From NCBI GenBank assembly GCA_021498095.1, contig JAIZWK010000001.1, positions 3,930,001-3,962,000 on the forward strand: a stretch of 32,000 nucleotides of DNA, in the 5' to 3' direction. Source of the stretch: Candidatus Harpocratesius repetitus (GTDB lineage Archaea; Asgardarchaeota; Lokiarchaeia; Sigyniarchaeales; Promethearchaeaceae). Shown here piece after piece: positions 7,672 through 17,081 of the stretch (its first letter is position 1; each line of letters starts with the position of its first letter). The notes under the pieces were generated by a model. The model was not told the DNA's origin. It saw only the letters and a list, made by a program, of their open reading frames with translations, and made no database searches. The translations under genes and the position numbers were made by a program.

Positions 7672-9408
7672 ATGTCCATTACTATTGAACAAACATCTAC
7701 TTTTACTTCTGTTGGGATTGTCATTTCGCAAGTGGATGGAAATTCCCCATCAGTTCATCATTTTGCTTTTTTAACTTCGATCTCACCAAATCATTATGAA
7801 ACGGTTGTGCATCAAGGACAATACTGTATTGTAGATACATATCTTGGTAATGTGGTCGGAATTATTGAGCAAATTCATATATTAAATAGTTATTTTCATG
7901 ATTTTCAAACTGTAAAAAATTTCAATTTAGCCAAACTAAACTTAAAGCATTATTTCCCCAGTGATGAATGGGAAATTCAAATTGTTGAAGTAAAAGTGCT
8001 TGGATATATACCTACAGGAAAAAGGGTTCAAGAAATACATAATCCATTGGAATTTCGAAATATACAGCCAGCAGGATTCCCGGTTAAACCAGGAAATGAA
8101 GTTTATTTACTAAAAAATGAGTATCTTCAATCTTTTTTGGGTTTTGATTCTTCTGGATTGAATATAGGTACGCTTCAAAACTACTCAATGAATGTTTCGC
8201 TCAATTTGAATAAACTTTTTAATAAGCATGTTGCAATCTTGGCTCAAAGTGGTGCTGGGAAATCTTATTTAGTTTCAATAATGCTGGAAGAATTACTTCT
8301 TCGCCCTTTTGATGTTGGAACTCCAGGATTAATTATAATCGATTTACATGGAGAATATCGGTTTCTAAAACAAAAACTGGAAAATAATGGAAAATTTCAA
8401 TCAAAGATTGAACAAATCCAATCAAAAATCCAAATTATCAATGCCTCCTTTATGCAGATAGGAATTGAAGATATGAACGCTTATGATTTTAAAAAATACC
8501 AACCAAATATCTCATTACCTCAAATCCGAGAATTACGTCGAATTTTAAAAGATAGAAAAAACAATAATCCATTATCAAATCTTAATTCTCTTTGTGAAAG
8601 AATTCAATCAGATCATAATATAAACCCTAAAGTTCAAGAAACTCTTATTGGTTGGTTGGAAGATTTGTCACTTTTAAATATCTTCGCACAAACAACATCT
8701 CCATCAATCTTTGACTTGGTTCAACCAGGAAAACTAACAATTCTTGATTTTTCTTCGATTCTTTCCATGAGAAAAAAGCAAATCTTAGTTGATTTCTTTT
8801 CGAATCAATTCTTTTCCTATCGACGATCGAAAAAGATTGCTCCATTTATTTTATTTTTAGAAGAAGCACATAACTTTCTTCCTGAGTCGGGAGGTAAATA
8901 TGCAATTGCTAAACAAATTTTCGAAACATTAGCGCGTGAAGGTAGGAAATTCTTTGCCCAGTTGGTTCTCATTTCTCAACGCCCTGTGAGATTAAGTACA
9001 ACAGCACTTTCACAATGTAACACTCATATTATCATGAGAATTACTAATCCTTATGACCTTAACCATATTAAAAGTTCAACTGAAGCATTAACAAGCGAAT
9101 CTATAAAAGTAATTTCAAGTTTACCTACTGGAAATGCAGTAATTCTCGGTGGTGCAACAAATTACCCTGTTTTTTTTAAAGTTCGTCTTAGATTACTCTC
9201 ACGAGCTTACAGTGAAACGACTTTGGAAAGTGAATCTTTTGCTTATATGCCGAATATAAATAGAAATGAAAAAAAAAACAATAAAAGCGATAAATTATAC
9301 AAAACGGAAAAATTAGTGGAACAATTAAATGAAATTGATGAAAAACCTGAACAATTAAAAGGAGACAATCAATTTGAAGCACTTGATCTTTATATTGATG
9401 AAATTTAA
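7672..9408 (+). CDS. HerA/DUF87-family P-loop ATPase (HerA-like helicase/translocase)
   Basis: HAS-barrel-like N-terminus, Walker A AQSGAGKS, DLHGEY, Walker B LEEAH, REGRKF, SQRP. Confidence 0.88.
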   Translation: MSITIEQTSTFTSVGIVISQVDGNSPSVHHFAFLTSISPNHYETVVHQGQYCIVDTYLGNVVGIIEQIHILNSYFHDFQTVKNFNLAKLNLKHYFPSDEWEIQIVEVKVLGYIPTGKRVQEIHNPLEFRNIQPAGFPVKPGNEVYLLKNEYLQSFLGFDSSGLNIGTLQNYSMNVSLNLNKLFNKHVAILAQSGAGKSYLVSIMLEELLLRPFDVGTPGLIIIDLHGEYRFLKQKLENNGKFQSKIEQIQSKIQIINASFMQIGIEDMNAYDFKKYQPNISLPQIRELRRILKDRKNNNPLSNLNSLCERIQSDHNINPKVQETLIGWLEDLSLLNIFAQTTSPSIFDLVQPGKLTILDFSSILSMRKKQILVDFFSNQFFSYRRSKKIAPFILFLEEAHNFLPESGGKYAIAKQIFETLAREGRKFFAQLVLISQRPVRLSTTALSQCNTHIIMRITNPYDLNHIKSSTEALTSESIKVISSLPTGNAVILGGATNYPVFFKVRLRLLSRAYSETTLESESFAYMPNINRNEKKNNKSDKLYKTEKLVEQLNEIDEKPEQLKGDNQFEALDLYIDEI

Positions 9409-9666
9409 ATTTAGTATCATTAAATAATAAAATTTTTTTCAATTGTTTTTTCCTTATGAGGTTCTAGCAACTTCTTTATTTTTGACAGAATTTCCATTTT
9501 AATCTTTCATTTTCCGACAATAACCAAACTTATCCAAGAATTATTTCAGTCGGCAAAAATAAACTTTAGAAAATATAATTATGGGTAGGTTTTTGACTAT
9601 TTTTAATCAAATTTTAGTAGGATTTGATAAAAAAAGTTCTAAATTTTTGATCGACAAATTTCAAAT

Positions 9667-9951
9667 CTAATGAGTAAATTTCCTGATCTCTTGAAGTATT
9701 GATTGACTGAAATTCCCTCTAGGGTTTATTTCAACTTTTGAGACCTCTTTTTTTATTGCAATCACAAAGATAAATGATCGAACTTCAAGTTTGAAGAGAA
9801 ATTCATCCAAATCAGCTTTTGTAAAATCTTGATATTTATTTCCTAACTGTCGAAGTAGATCTGAAGTTAAAATTTCACCACGATTTTTTATCAAAATAGA
9901 GATTATTTCATTTTCAATTGGAACTGAATTCCATTTTTTTAGTTTTGCCAT
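9667..9951 (-). CDS. Small hypothetical protein, probable winged-helix fold
   Basis: 94 aa; three predicted helices (EIISILIKN, TSDLLRQL, KADLDEFLFKLE) followed by a beta-hairpin wing (FIFVIAIKKEVSKVEI). Confidence 0.65.
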   Translation of the reverse strand: MAKLKKWNSVPIENEIISILIKNRGEILTSDLLRQLGNKYQDFTKADLDEFLFKLEVRSFIFVIAIKKEVSKVEINPRGNFSQSILQEIRKFTH

Positions 9952-10144
9952 TGTTTATCATTTGTATTCAGTTGTATTCATAATTGATGCCATGGACAAT
10001 ATAATTTATAATATATCGATTAATTTGGAGTAAAAATTGCTTTTTAGTAAGTTAATTCCAAAAAAGGCATCAAAAAAATCATGTATTAACTAATAAAATG
10101 ATAAAGAATGAAAATTAAAAAATTTTACGTTCAAGATTTTACTT

Positions 10145-12385
10145 TTAAGTGTAAAGATCTGTTCCCCGATGACTAGCAGAAGAACCAATTTTGCGACTCT
10201 TAATTGATTCTTCAAATTTTTCATAAGACTCACAAACTTCCTTAGTTGCACTGGGACGCATTTCTTCCAAAGCCTTATCAAAATGCTGTGGTTTAATTTT
10301 GTCAGCTCGAATATCTTCCCGTAAAGCCCTAATCGCAGCTTCTCGGCAAAGTGACTCTATATCTGCTCCAGAAAAAAATTCAGTTTTTCGAGCAAGTTCT
10401 TCTAAATTAACTGATTTGGATAAAGGCATGGATTTGGTAAAAATTCTTAAAATTTCGATTCGATCTTGATAATTTGGAGGTGGGACATAAGACAACCGAT
10501 CAATGCGCCCAGGTCGAATGAGTGCAGGATCCATAATATCTGGTCGATTTGTCGCTGCAATCATTATTATATCGTGAGATTGAGAAATTCCATCTAATTC
10601 TGTGAGAAGTTGAGAAATAACACGCTCAGTTACTCCTGCATCTGAACCACCTGATCCCCTTCTTGGAGCAATAGAATCTAATTCATCAAAAAATATAATA
10701 CATGGCGCGGCCAATTTTGCCTTCCTAAATACTTCACGCACTGCTTTTTCGCTTTCTCCTACCCATTTAGAGATCAGCTCAGGACCTTTTATGGAAATAA
10801 AATTTGCTTCAGATTCAGTAGCAACAGCACGCGCTAATAAAGTTTTACCACAACCAGGAGGTCCATATAATAGAACACCAGAAGGAGGTGCAACACCCAT
10901 TCTTTCATATGCTTTTGGATTTTTAATTGGCCACTCTACAGATTCAATTAATTGTTGTTTAGTATATTCTAAACCACCAACATCATTCCAATGAACACTT
11001 GGGATTTCAACAAAAACTTCTCGAATTCCAGAAGGAATAATTTCTTTAAAAGCATGCTCAAAATCAATGCTTTTTACAAACATTTTTTCGAGTAATTCTG
11101 GATCAATTTCTTCTACATCAACATTAATTTCTGGAAGATAACGACGTAATGCAAACATCCCTGTTTCACGTACTAAACTTGCAATATCTGCACCAACATA
11201 ACCATGCGTAATTCGAGCAATTTCATGTAACCGAACATCTTCATCCAATGGCATTTTTCTTGTGTGAATCTGAAGGATCTCCAATCGTCCTTTTTCCCCT
11301 GGAACCTTTATTTCTAATTCTCTATCAAATCGACCAGGTCGCCGTAAAGCAGGATCGACAGCATTTGGTCGATTAGTTGCACCTATAATAATAACGCGCC
11401 CGCGTGTTTCCAAACCATCCATTAATGCTAATAACTGAGCAACTACCCTTCGTTCTACTTCACCAGTAACATTTTCTCGTTTTGGTGCAATGGCATCAAT
11501 CTCGTCTATAAAAATAATACTTGGCGATTTTTCCTCTGCTTCTTTGAATAATCCGCGCAATTTTTTTTCAGATTCACCATAAAACTTGCTCATAATTTCT
11601 GGACCATTTATGGAAATAAAGTGAGCTTGACTTTCGTTCGCTACTGCTTTTGCTAATAAAGTCTTACCACATCCAGGAGGACCACGTAAAAGAACACCTT
11701 TGGGAGGATCAATACCTAGACGATTGAACAATTCAGGATGTTTTAGTGGAAGTTCAACCATTTCCCTTACTTGCTGAATTTCCCGATCAAGACCACCTAT
11801 ATCTTCATAAGTAATATAAGGAATTCCAGGTGAAATTTCATCAATTGTAGTTTCATTAATAGAAAGTGTAGTAGATTGTTTCACTAAACAAATTCCAGCT
11901 GGTTTAATGGATATAATCCGGAAAACAATTTCTTTTGTCATACCAATATTAATATAAATAAGATCTCCTTTTGCAACAGGAAAATTTAAGAGTTTTCGTT
12001 TTACAAAACTTTCAAATCGGGTATTAGGTTTGATTTTTAAAGAAATTGGAGCCAATACAACAGATTTTGCATGAATTTCATCAACTTTAGAGATATAAAC
12101 GTAATCATCTATTCCTACATTAGCATTGTTACGAACTCTACTATCAATTCGAACTATCTCTAATCCTTGATCTTGTGGGTATGCAGGCCATGCAATTGCA
12201 GCTGTTATTTGTTCATCTCCGCGAATTTGAATAATATCTCCAGTATTCACATTTAATTCTTTCATAGTTTTAGAATCTAATCGAATAATAGAACGACCAA
12301 TATCACGTTTTCTTGCTTCTTGAACTTTTAGTTTTAATTCCTTATTACTGAAATTATTTCCACTAGAGTCCTCATTCATGCTCAT
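10145..12385 (-). CDS. cdc48: Cdc48/p97/VAT AAA+ ATPase
   Basis: N-domain (GRSIIRLD), two AAA modules each with [16 protein letters not shown] and RPGR-x-DR; C-terminal LYT. True start uncertain among ATGs at 12400, 12385 and 12379 (ORF track gives 12439). Confidence 0.96.
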   Translation of the reverse strand: MSMNEDSSGNNFSNKELKLKVQEARKRDIGRSIIRLDSKTMKELNVNTGDIIQIRGDEQITAAIAWPAYPQDQGLEIVRIDSRVRNNANVGIDDYVYISKVDEIHAKSVVLAPISLKIKPNTRFESFVKRKLLNFPVAKGDLIYINIGMTKEIVFRIISIKPAGICLVKQSTTLSINETTIDEISPGIPYITYEDIGGLDREIQQVREMVELPLKHPELFNRLGIDPPKGVLLRGPPGCGKTLLAKAVANESQAHFISINGPEIMSKFYGESEKKLRGLFKEAEEKSPSIIFIDEIDAIAPKRENVTGEVERRVVAQLLALMDGLETRGRVIIIGATNRPNAVDPALRRPGRFDRELEIKVPGEKGRLEILQIHTRKMPLDEDVRLHEIARITHGYVGADIASLVRETGMFALRRYLPEINVDVEEIDPELLEKMFVKSIDFEHAFKEIIPSGIREVFVEIPSVHWNDVGGLEYTKQQLIESVEWPIKNPKAYERMGVAPPSGVLLYGPPGCGKTLLARAVATESEANFISIKGPELISKWVGESEKAVREVFRKAKLAAPCIIFFDELDSIAPRRGSGGSDAGVTERVISQLLTELDGISQSHDIIMIAATNRPDIMDPALIRPGRIDRLSYVPPPNYQDRIEILRIFTKSMPLSKSVNLEELARKTEFFSGADIESLCREAAIRALREDIRADKIKPQHFDKALEEMRPSATKEVCESYEKFEESIKSRKIGSSASHRGTDLYT

Positions 12386-12503
12386 TTTTTTTCTACTCAT
12401 TCTTTTAAATGATACCCATCGTAAAAAAATTCTGATCAAGCCATATATTGAATGTATTTTTTAAAGAATTTCTTGATGGCTCTAAAATACAATTAAAAAA
12501 ATA

Positions 12504-13553
12504 TTATAAAAAATCAGAAAGAGTTTTTTGGCGAGCAGAACCTCGTTTTTTCAATCGACTTAAACCAGTTTCGACTCTTTCACTATTGAAATTGTGTTTT
12601 TCAATAAGTATTTCTCTAATTTTATCAAAATTAGGTGTTTTCCATTTTAAAGAAGATATATTTTTATTAATGACAGGATTTAAAAAAATATTTTTTACTG
12701 CTTGAACCGTTTCTGAACTTAAAAGACCAGAGATTTTTTGTTTCCTGATTTCAATATCCTTTTCAAGCATTATATCCAAAGAACCATACTGCTGAACTAA
12801 TTTATAGGCAGTTTTTATTCCGACACCTTTAATCCCTGGGAAAAAATCTACACCAACTAAAATCCCAATATCAATTAATTGCTCCCTGCTAAGATTATTA
12901 GAAAACAAAATTTTTTCCAAGCTTAACCATTCAATATCTACAGTAACTACAGTAGAACGAATTTTCCTGGTTCGATTCATTGATAAATTCCTAACAACCT
13001 TCTTTGCTCCAAATAAAAATGAATCATAGTCTTGTGATCCGACAGCCCATGCTTGATTTGTGGAGACCAAGTAGGCTGCTTGAGATTCACCATCTTGTGC
13101 TGCCTCTACAATAGGAATACCCAATGCTGAAAGAAATTCTTTACTTTCTTGTATCATTGCCCCCGTTAATTTAGAAGAACCTTGTGCATATTTAGCTGCA
13201 TCTTCAGTTTCACCTAGATCTCGAGCTTCCTCAAATTTCTTTCTTGCTTCGTTTCTAATTTCTCGTCTTCTTTGAATTTCAGCTTGTTTAAATGGATTTG
13301 GTGGACCATCAAATACGTAGATAGGACGAATATCATGCTCAATTAGATTAAGTGAACGATAAAATAAACCTGAAAGATGAGAAGTGACATTTCCTTGGAA
13401 ATCTTTTAAAGGTGTGCCATCTCTACCACGAATAATTGCCAAAAATTGATAAAGTGTGTTGAATGCATCAATAGCAATGCGTTTTCCTACTAAATCTTCA
13501 AATTTAATAATTTTCTTAACATCCTTGACCAGAGGACCTAAATCGACACCCAT
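12504..13553 (-). CDS. fen: Flap endonuclease 1
   Basis: MGVDL start, IAIDAFNTLYQFL, TSHLSGLFYR, VFDG, SQDYD, C-terminal PIP box QKTLSDFL; AAGGAG SD at 13565-13570. Confidence 0.96.
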   Translation of the reverse strand: MGVDLGPLVKDVKKIIKFEDLVGKRIAIDAFNTLYQFLAIIRGRDGTPLKDFQGNVTSHLSGLFYRSLNLIEHDIRPIYVFDGPPNPFKQAEIQRRREIRNEARKKFEEARDLGETEDAAKYAQGSSKLTGAMIQESKEFLSALGIPIVEAAQDGESQAAYLVSTNQAWAVGSQDYDSFLFGAKKVVRNLSMNRTRKIRSTVVTVDIEWLSLEKILFSNNLSREQLIDIGILVGVDFFPGIKGVGIKTAYKLVQQYGSLDIMLEKDIEIRKQKISGLLSSETVQAVKNIFLNPVINKNISSLKWKTPNFDKIREILIEKHNFNSERVETGLSRLKKRGSARQKTLSDFL

Positions 13554-14020
13554 ATGTTTTTATTCTCCTTATTATTAGGTGAGTATGTAATGCTTTATCG
13601 ATAATATCTTTAAAATAATCTATTTAATATTATGTTATTTCTTAAAGCACCTTAAAATTTAAAATAATTTTTCAAAATATTTCCATCAATAATTGAGGGT
13701 ATTTTAAATTTTAAAGATTCGAAGTTTTTCATTCCTTCATCTTAATTCTCCCGGCTCAAATCTAAAATATCCTTTCTTATTTTTTGTCGATTTTACCAAG
13801 GTGCCAAATTCAAGATAGGTAAATCAAGAATTATAATAAAATAGACATTAGATTGAAGAATTTATAAACAGGATGGTAAATTTTTAACAAATTCTTTGAA
13901 AAAATCGAGTTCGACAAAAAAAGAATTGCTATATTTCAGATATAAGTCGGATATATATGAATGATATTCAAAAAAGCGTTTAAATTAAAAAAGATAAAAT
14001 ATCCTCAATTGTTATAGATA

Positions 14021-14563
14021 TTATTTTCGTTTTCTTTTTCCTTTTCTTTTTCGTCGGCGCTTTAATTTACCTCCACAAACAGGACAGATAGATTTCAACT
14101 TATTAGGGGGAAATCTTCGAAAACAGTTTGGACAATAGATTTCCCAGACAATTCTTTCTTTAATTCCCATTTGATGAAGCGGTTGAAATGTAATTCCTAT
14201 AAATGAAGCAGTATTCTGAATGGAATAATCATCAGATAGTAAAATTACTGAAGCATTCGGTGAGAAATTTATAATATCATAAGCAAGACTTAAAATTGAT
14301 ATATCAGGATCAGATAACGCACCAATATCACCGCTCAATTTCGCTTGTTCTTTAATAAATTCAATTGAAGATAGAGTAGGAGATTGGACATATATTCTCT
14401 CTTGAAGAAAAGCAACAGAGATAATTTGGGAAGAATTTCTATTTTTTTTGGCTTCTTCTATAATTTCTGGCGTTGTAATAAACTCTATTTCAGAATCTTC
14501 GGCTGTTATATTGATATTCAATCCTGATGAAAAAGCGGTATTATCTAAGATATAGTAAATCAT
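14021..14563 (-). CDS. nob1: Nob1-family rRNA-processing PIN endonuclease with Zn ribbon
   Basis: ILDNTAF, LSDPDISILSLA, SDDYSIQN, CPNC...CPVC. ATG at 14563 preferred over TTG at 14602. Confidence 0.88.
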   Translation of the reverse strand: MIYYILDNTAFSSGLNINITAEDSEIEFITTPEIIEEAKKNRNSSQIISVAFLQERIYVQSPTLSSIEFIKEQAKLSGDIGALSDPDISILSLAYDIINFSPNASVILLSDDYSIQNTASFIGITFQPLHQMGIKERIVWEIYCPNCFRRFPPNKLKSICPVCGGKLKRRRKRKGKRKRK

Positions 14564-14610
14564 TGTGATAATCAATGTAATAGTTAATAATCTTGATGAC
14601 AAAGTGATTT

Positions 14611-15555
14611 TTAATTTTCTAGACTGTCATCGGCTAATTTTCTTGAAAAAAGAATTTTATTCCGAACTTTATCGAAATATCCACCAACTTGATTGTTAAA
14701 TCGGATAAATTTTACATCAGTAGGAGCTCGTTGAATTACAATTTTAACTTGGGGACTTACTTTATATTCTGATTGACCATCAATAATGACTAATCCATTC
14801 AATCTGGGACGCTGCAATTTAATTTGAATTTTTGCGGATGTAGGAACAATTAATGGTCTAAATACTCCAGTCCCCGCAAAAGGGTTCAAAGGGACAATTT
14901 CAAAACCATTTAGTCGTGGATCTAACAGGCAACCTCCTGCTGATAGAGCATAAGCAGTAGAACCAGTGTGAGTAGATACAATTAATCCATCCAAATAACT
15001 GGAAGTAAAATTATGACCATCAATAGTGATATTTGCATAAAGAACCTTAGATGGCTTGGAAGAAATAATCAACACTTCATTCAGAGCAACTGGAAGAATA
15101 TGATTTCCAATTTGAGTGGTTAATCTAGCAGCATGTTCAATAGAATAATTACCTGCTAAAATATTATCTAAATCCTTTGCTAAAGATTCAGTATTTCCCA
15201 TAGATTCATCCAAAAATCCAACTGAACCCAAGTTAACGCCTAATATAGGAGGAAGCTTTTTCTTAGGTAGATTTTGGCAAACTCGTAATACAGTTCCATC
15301 CCCACCAACTGAGATGATAAATTTAGTATTATCTGTTGTCATATCACCTAAGTTTTTAGCAAAATGACGAATAAATTTTGAGGAAATACGAGTTTCATAT
15401 GAAATTCGTTCATTTTTCTTAAGTAAAAAATCAGTAATAAACTGAACAATTTTAAGTGCTTCGGGCGAATCTAATCTGCATGCGATCCCTATCGCCCGAT
15501 GGTCTCCAGCTTCTCGGGATTTAATTTGCGGAGCTTCATTCACAACAGACACCAC
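14611..15555 (-). CDS. nadK: NAD(+)/NADH kinase
   Basis: GGDGTVLR, GVNLGSVGFL, ALNEV, DGLIVSTHTGSTAYALSAGG. Confidence 0.94.
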   Translation of the reverse strand: MVSVVNEAPQIKSREAGDHRAIGIACRLDSPEALKIVQFITDFLLKKNERISYETRISSKFIRHFAKNLGDMTTDNTKFIISVGGDGTVLRVCQNLPKKKLPPILGVNLGSVGFLDESMGNTESLAKDLDNILAGNYSIEHAARLTTQIGNHILPVALNEVLIISSKPSKVLYANITIDGHNFTSSYLDGLIVSTHTGSTAYALSAGGCLLDPRLNGFEIVPLNPFAGTGVFRPLIVPTSAKIQIKLQRPRLNGLVIIDGQSEYKVSPQVKIVIQRAPTDVKFIRFNNQVGGYFDKVRNKILFSRKLADDSLEN

Positions 15556-15614
15556 TATTTTTAAAAATTATTGAAAAATACTCAGAAAATATTTGGAAAA
15601 AAAAATAAATCCAA

Positions 15615-16058
15615 TTATTTTGGCAAAACTATCCGGGTTACAAACGAACGACCAACCACAGTCCAAAATTCAACGGTTACATCTCCCCAGATCGATCGAT
15701 CATCAAGTAAATCATGTAATTTGCTAGTTTCAGAGTCTTCTTCATCAAGAGGATAAGCAATATCAAATGTTTCATAAGTTTCAAGATCCATTACTTGCAC
15801 GGTACGGTCATTTTCATTGATATCTATTAATTGACCTTGTCTTTTTTGAATTTCTGGAATATCTAGAGTCGTATCGGCAGTCATTGTAAGGCTTTTCTTC
15901 TTACCTGTGAATAGACCTACACATCCAATTCGAGACTTTGCATGTCCATGTTTTCCTGATTTAGAGTGATCATTACTCAAAACTAAGTAAGGTTCTCCAT
16001 CATCTGGATTAATAAAGTAATTTCCTTTCTTCAAGTTATTTGCTGATTTTCGCGCCAT
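15615..16058 (-). CDS. eif5a: Translation factor aIF5A/eIF5A
   Basis: Hypusination loop SKSGKHGHAK, KOW/SH3-like N-domain plus OB-fold C-domain (VQVMDLETYETF). Confidence 0.95.
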   Translation of the reverse strand: MARKSANNLKKGNYFINPDDGEPYLVLSNDHSKSGKHGHAKSRIGCVGLFTGKKKSLTMTADTTLDIPEIQKRQGQLIDINENDRTVQVMDLETYETFDIAYPLDEEDSETSKLHDLLDDRSIWGDVTVEFWTVVGRSFVTRIVLPK

Positions 16059-16293
16059 AGTATTTCACATCGAAAAGTGAAAATGTGATAAGAGAAAAAT
16101 TCTGATTTACTCTCCTTCACAGTTCCATATACGATTTATTAAGATCTCTAATTTTTTGAAGTTTGCGCTTTTTTGTTAGCGTGGCAAGAAAATGGGATGT
16201 TCAATATATTAAAGAGATGTGTATAAAAAAATAGAAAAAAAGAAAGAGCGTGATTTTTAAGAAAAGCACCCTTCTCTAAATACATTGATTGAA

Positions 16294-17028
16294 ATGAGAA
16301 ATTTACAGAATTTTGGCTTCGTTTTTGATCTTGATGGAACTATACTTGATGATATTGATTTAGCGAGAAATATTCCAATTATTGCAATGCAGGAAATGGG
16401 TTATCAAAATAAAAAATCAGTAAACAAAGAATTGGAAGAAGAAATATTAAATGTACTAGGAGAAGATGGCTCCAAACTTGTTATTCTTCGAATTTTTCTC
16501 AAGACAGCAAAATCATTTGGAATTCCATGGTATAAACGATTATTATTTATTAAGAAGTGCCAAAAGGTCTATAAGCGTGAAATTTCATCTTGTCCTCTTT
16601 TTCCAGGAAGTATGGAAGTATTTGAGAAAATTATCGAATTGGGAGGAATAATTGGGATATTGACAACATCAAGTATGGAAGAAATTAGTGAAAGATTTCT
16701 CGGCAGGGAACATTTGTTAACCATTTTTAAAGATAATATTTTAGGAAGAGATAAAGTAACAAAAATGAAACCAAATCCAGCTGGAATTATTTTATTGGCT
16801 AAAAAATGGAATATTCCAATTGAAAATATGGTAATGATTGGAGATATGAATATTGATATTCAAGCGGGAAAACAGGCAGGTTGTAAAACAATTGGAGTTT
16901 TATCTGGGTTTGCAACCAAAGAAATCATGGAGAGAGAGAAAGCTGATTTAATTATTTCAAAAATATCAGATTTATTGCCCATTTTACCGAATTTTACTCA
17001 AATATTATTTTCTCAAATAGAGAGTTAA
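16294..17028 (+). CDS. HAD-superfamily hydrolase (phosphoglycolate phosphatase-like)
   Basis: Motif I FDLDGT, motif II TTS, motif III KPNP, motif IV IGDMNID. Confidence 0.9.
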   Translation: MRNLQNFGFVFDLDGTILDDIDLARNIPIIAMQEMGYQNKKSVNKELEEEILNVLGEDGSKLVILRIFLKTAKSFGIPWYKRLLFIKKCQKVYKREISSCPLFPGSMEVFEKIIELGGIIGILTTSSMEEISERFLGREHLLTIFKDNILGRDKVTKMKPNPAGIILLAKKWNIPIENMVMIGDMNIDIQAGKQAGCKTIGVLSGFATKEIMEREKADLIISKISDLLPILPNFTQILFSQIES

Positions 17029-17081
17029 AAAAAGATCAAAATTATGGATTATTTAGAGATTATTCAAGAAAAATCACTTAA

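Noticed and set aside
9420-9510. 25-codon minus-strand ORF (MEILSKIKKLLEPHKEKTIEKNFII) in the HerA/wHTH convergent gap
   Set aside because: No clear SD or homology; the region looks like T-rich terminator sequence.
13554-14020. 467-bp gap between nob1 and fen, including a 26-codon minus-strand ORF (MKNFESLKFKIPSIIDGNILKNYFKF) preceded by a 3-codon ORF
   Set aside because: Very AT-rich, no recognisable motif, tRNA or sRNA structure; ORFs this small are expected by chance.
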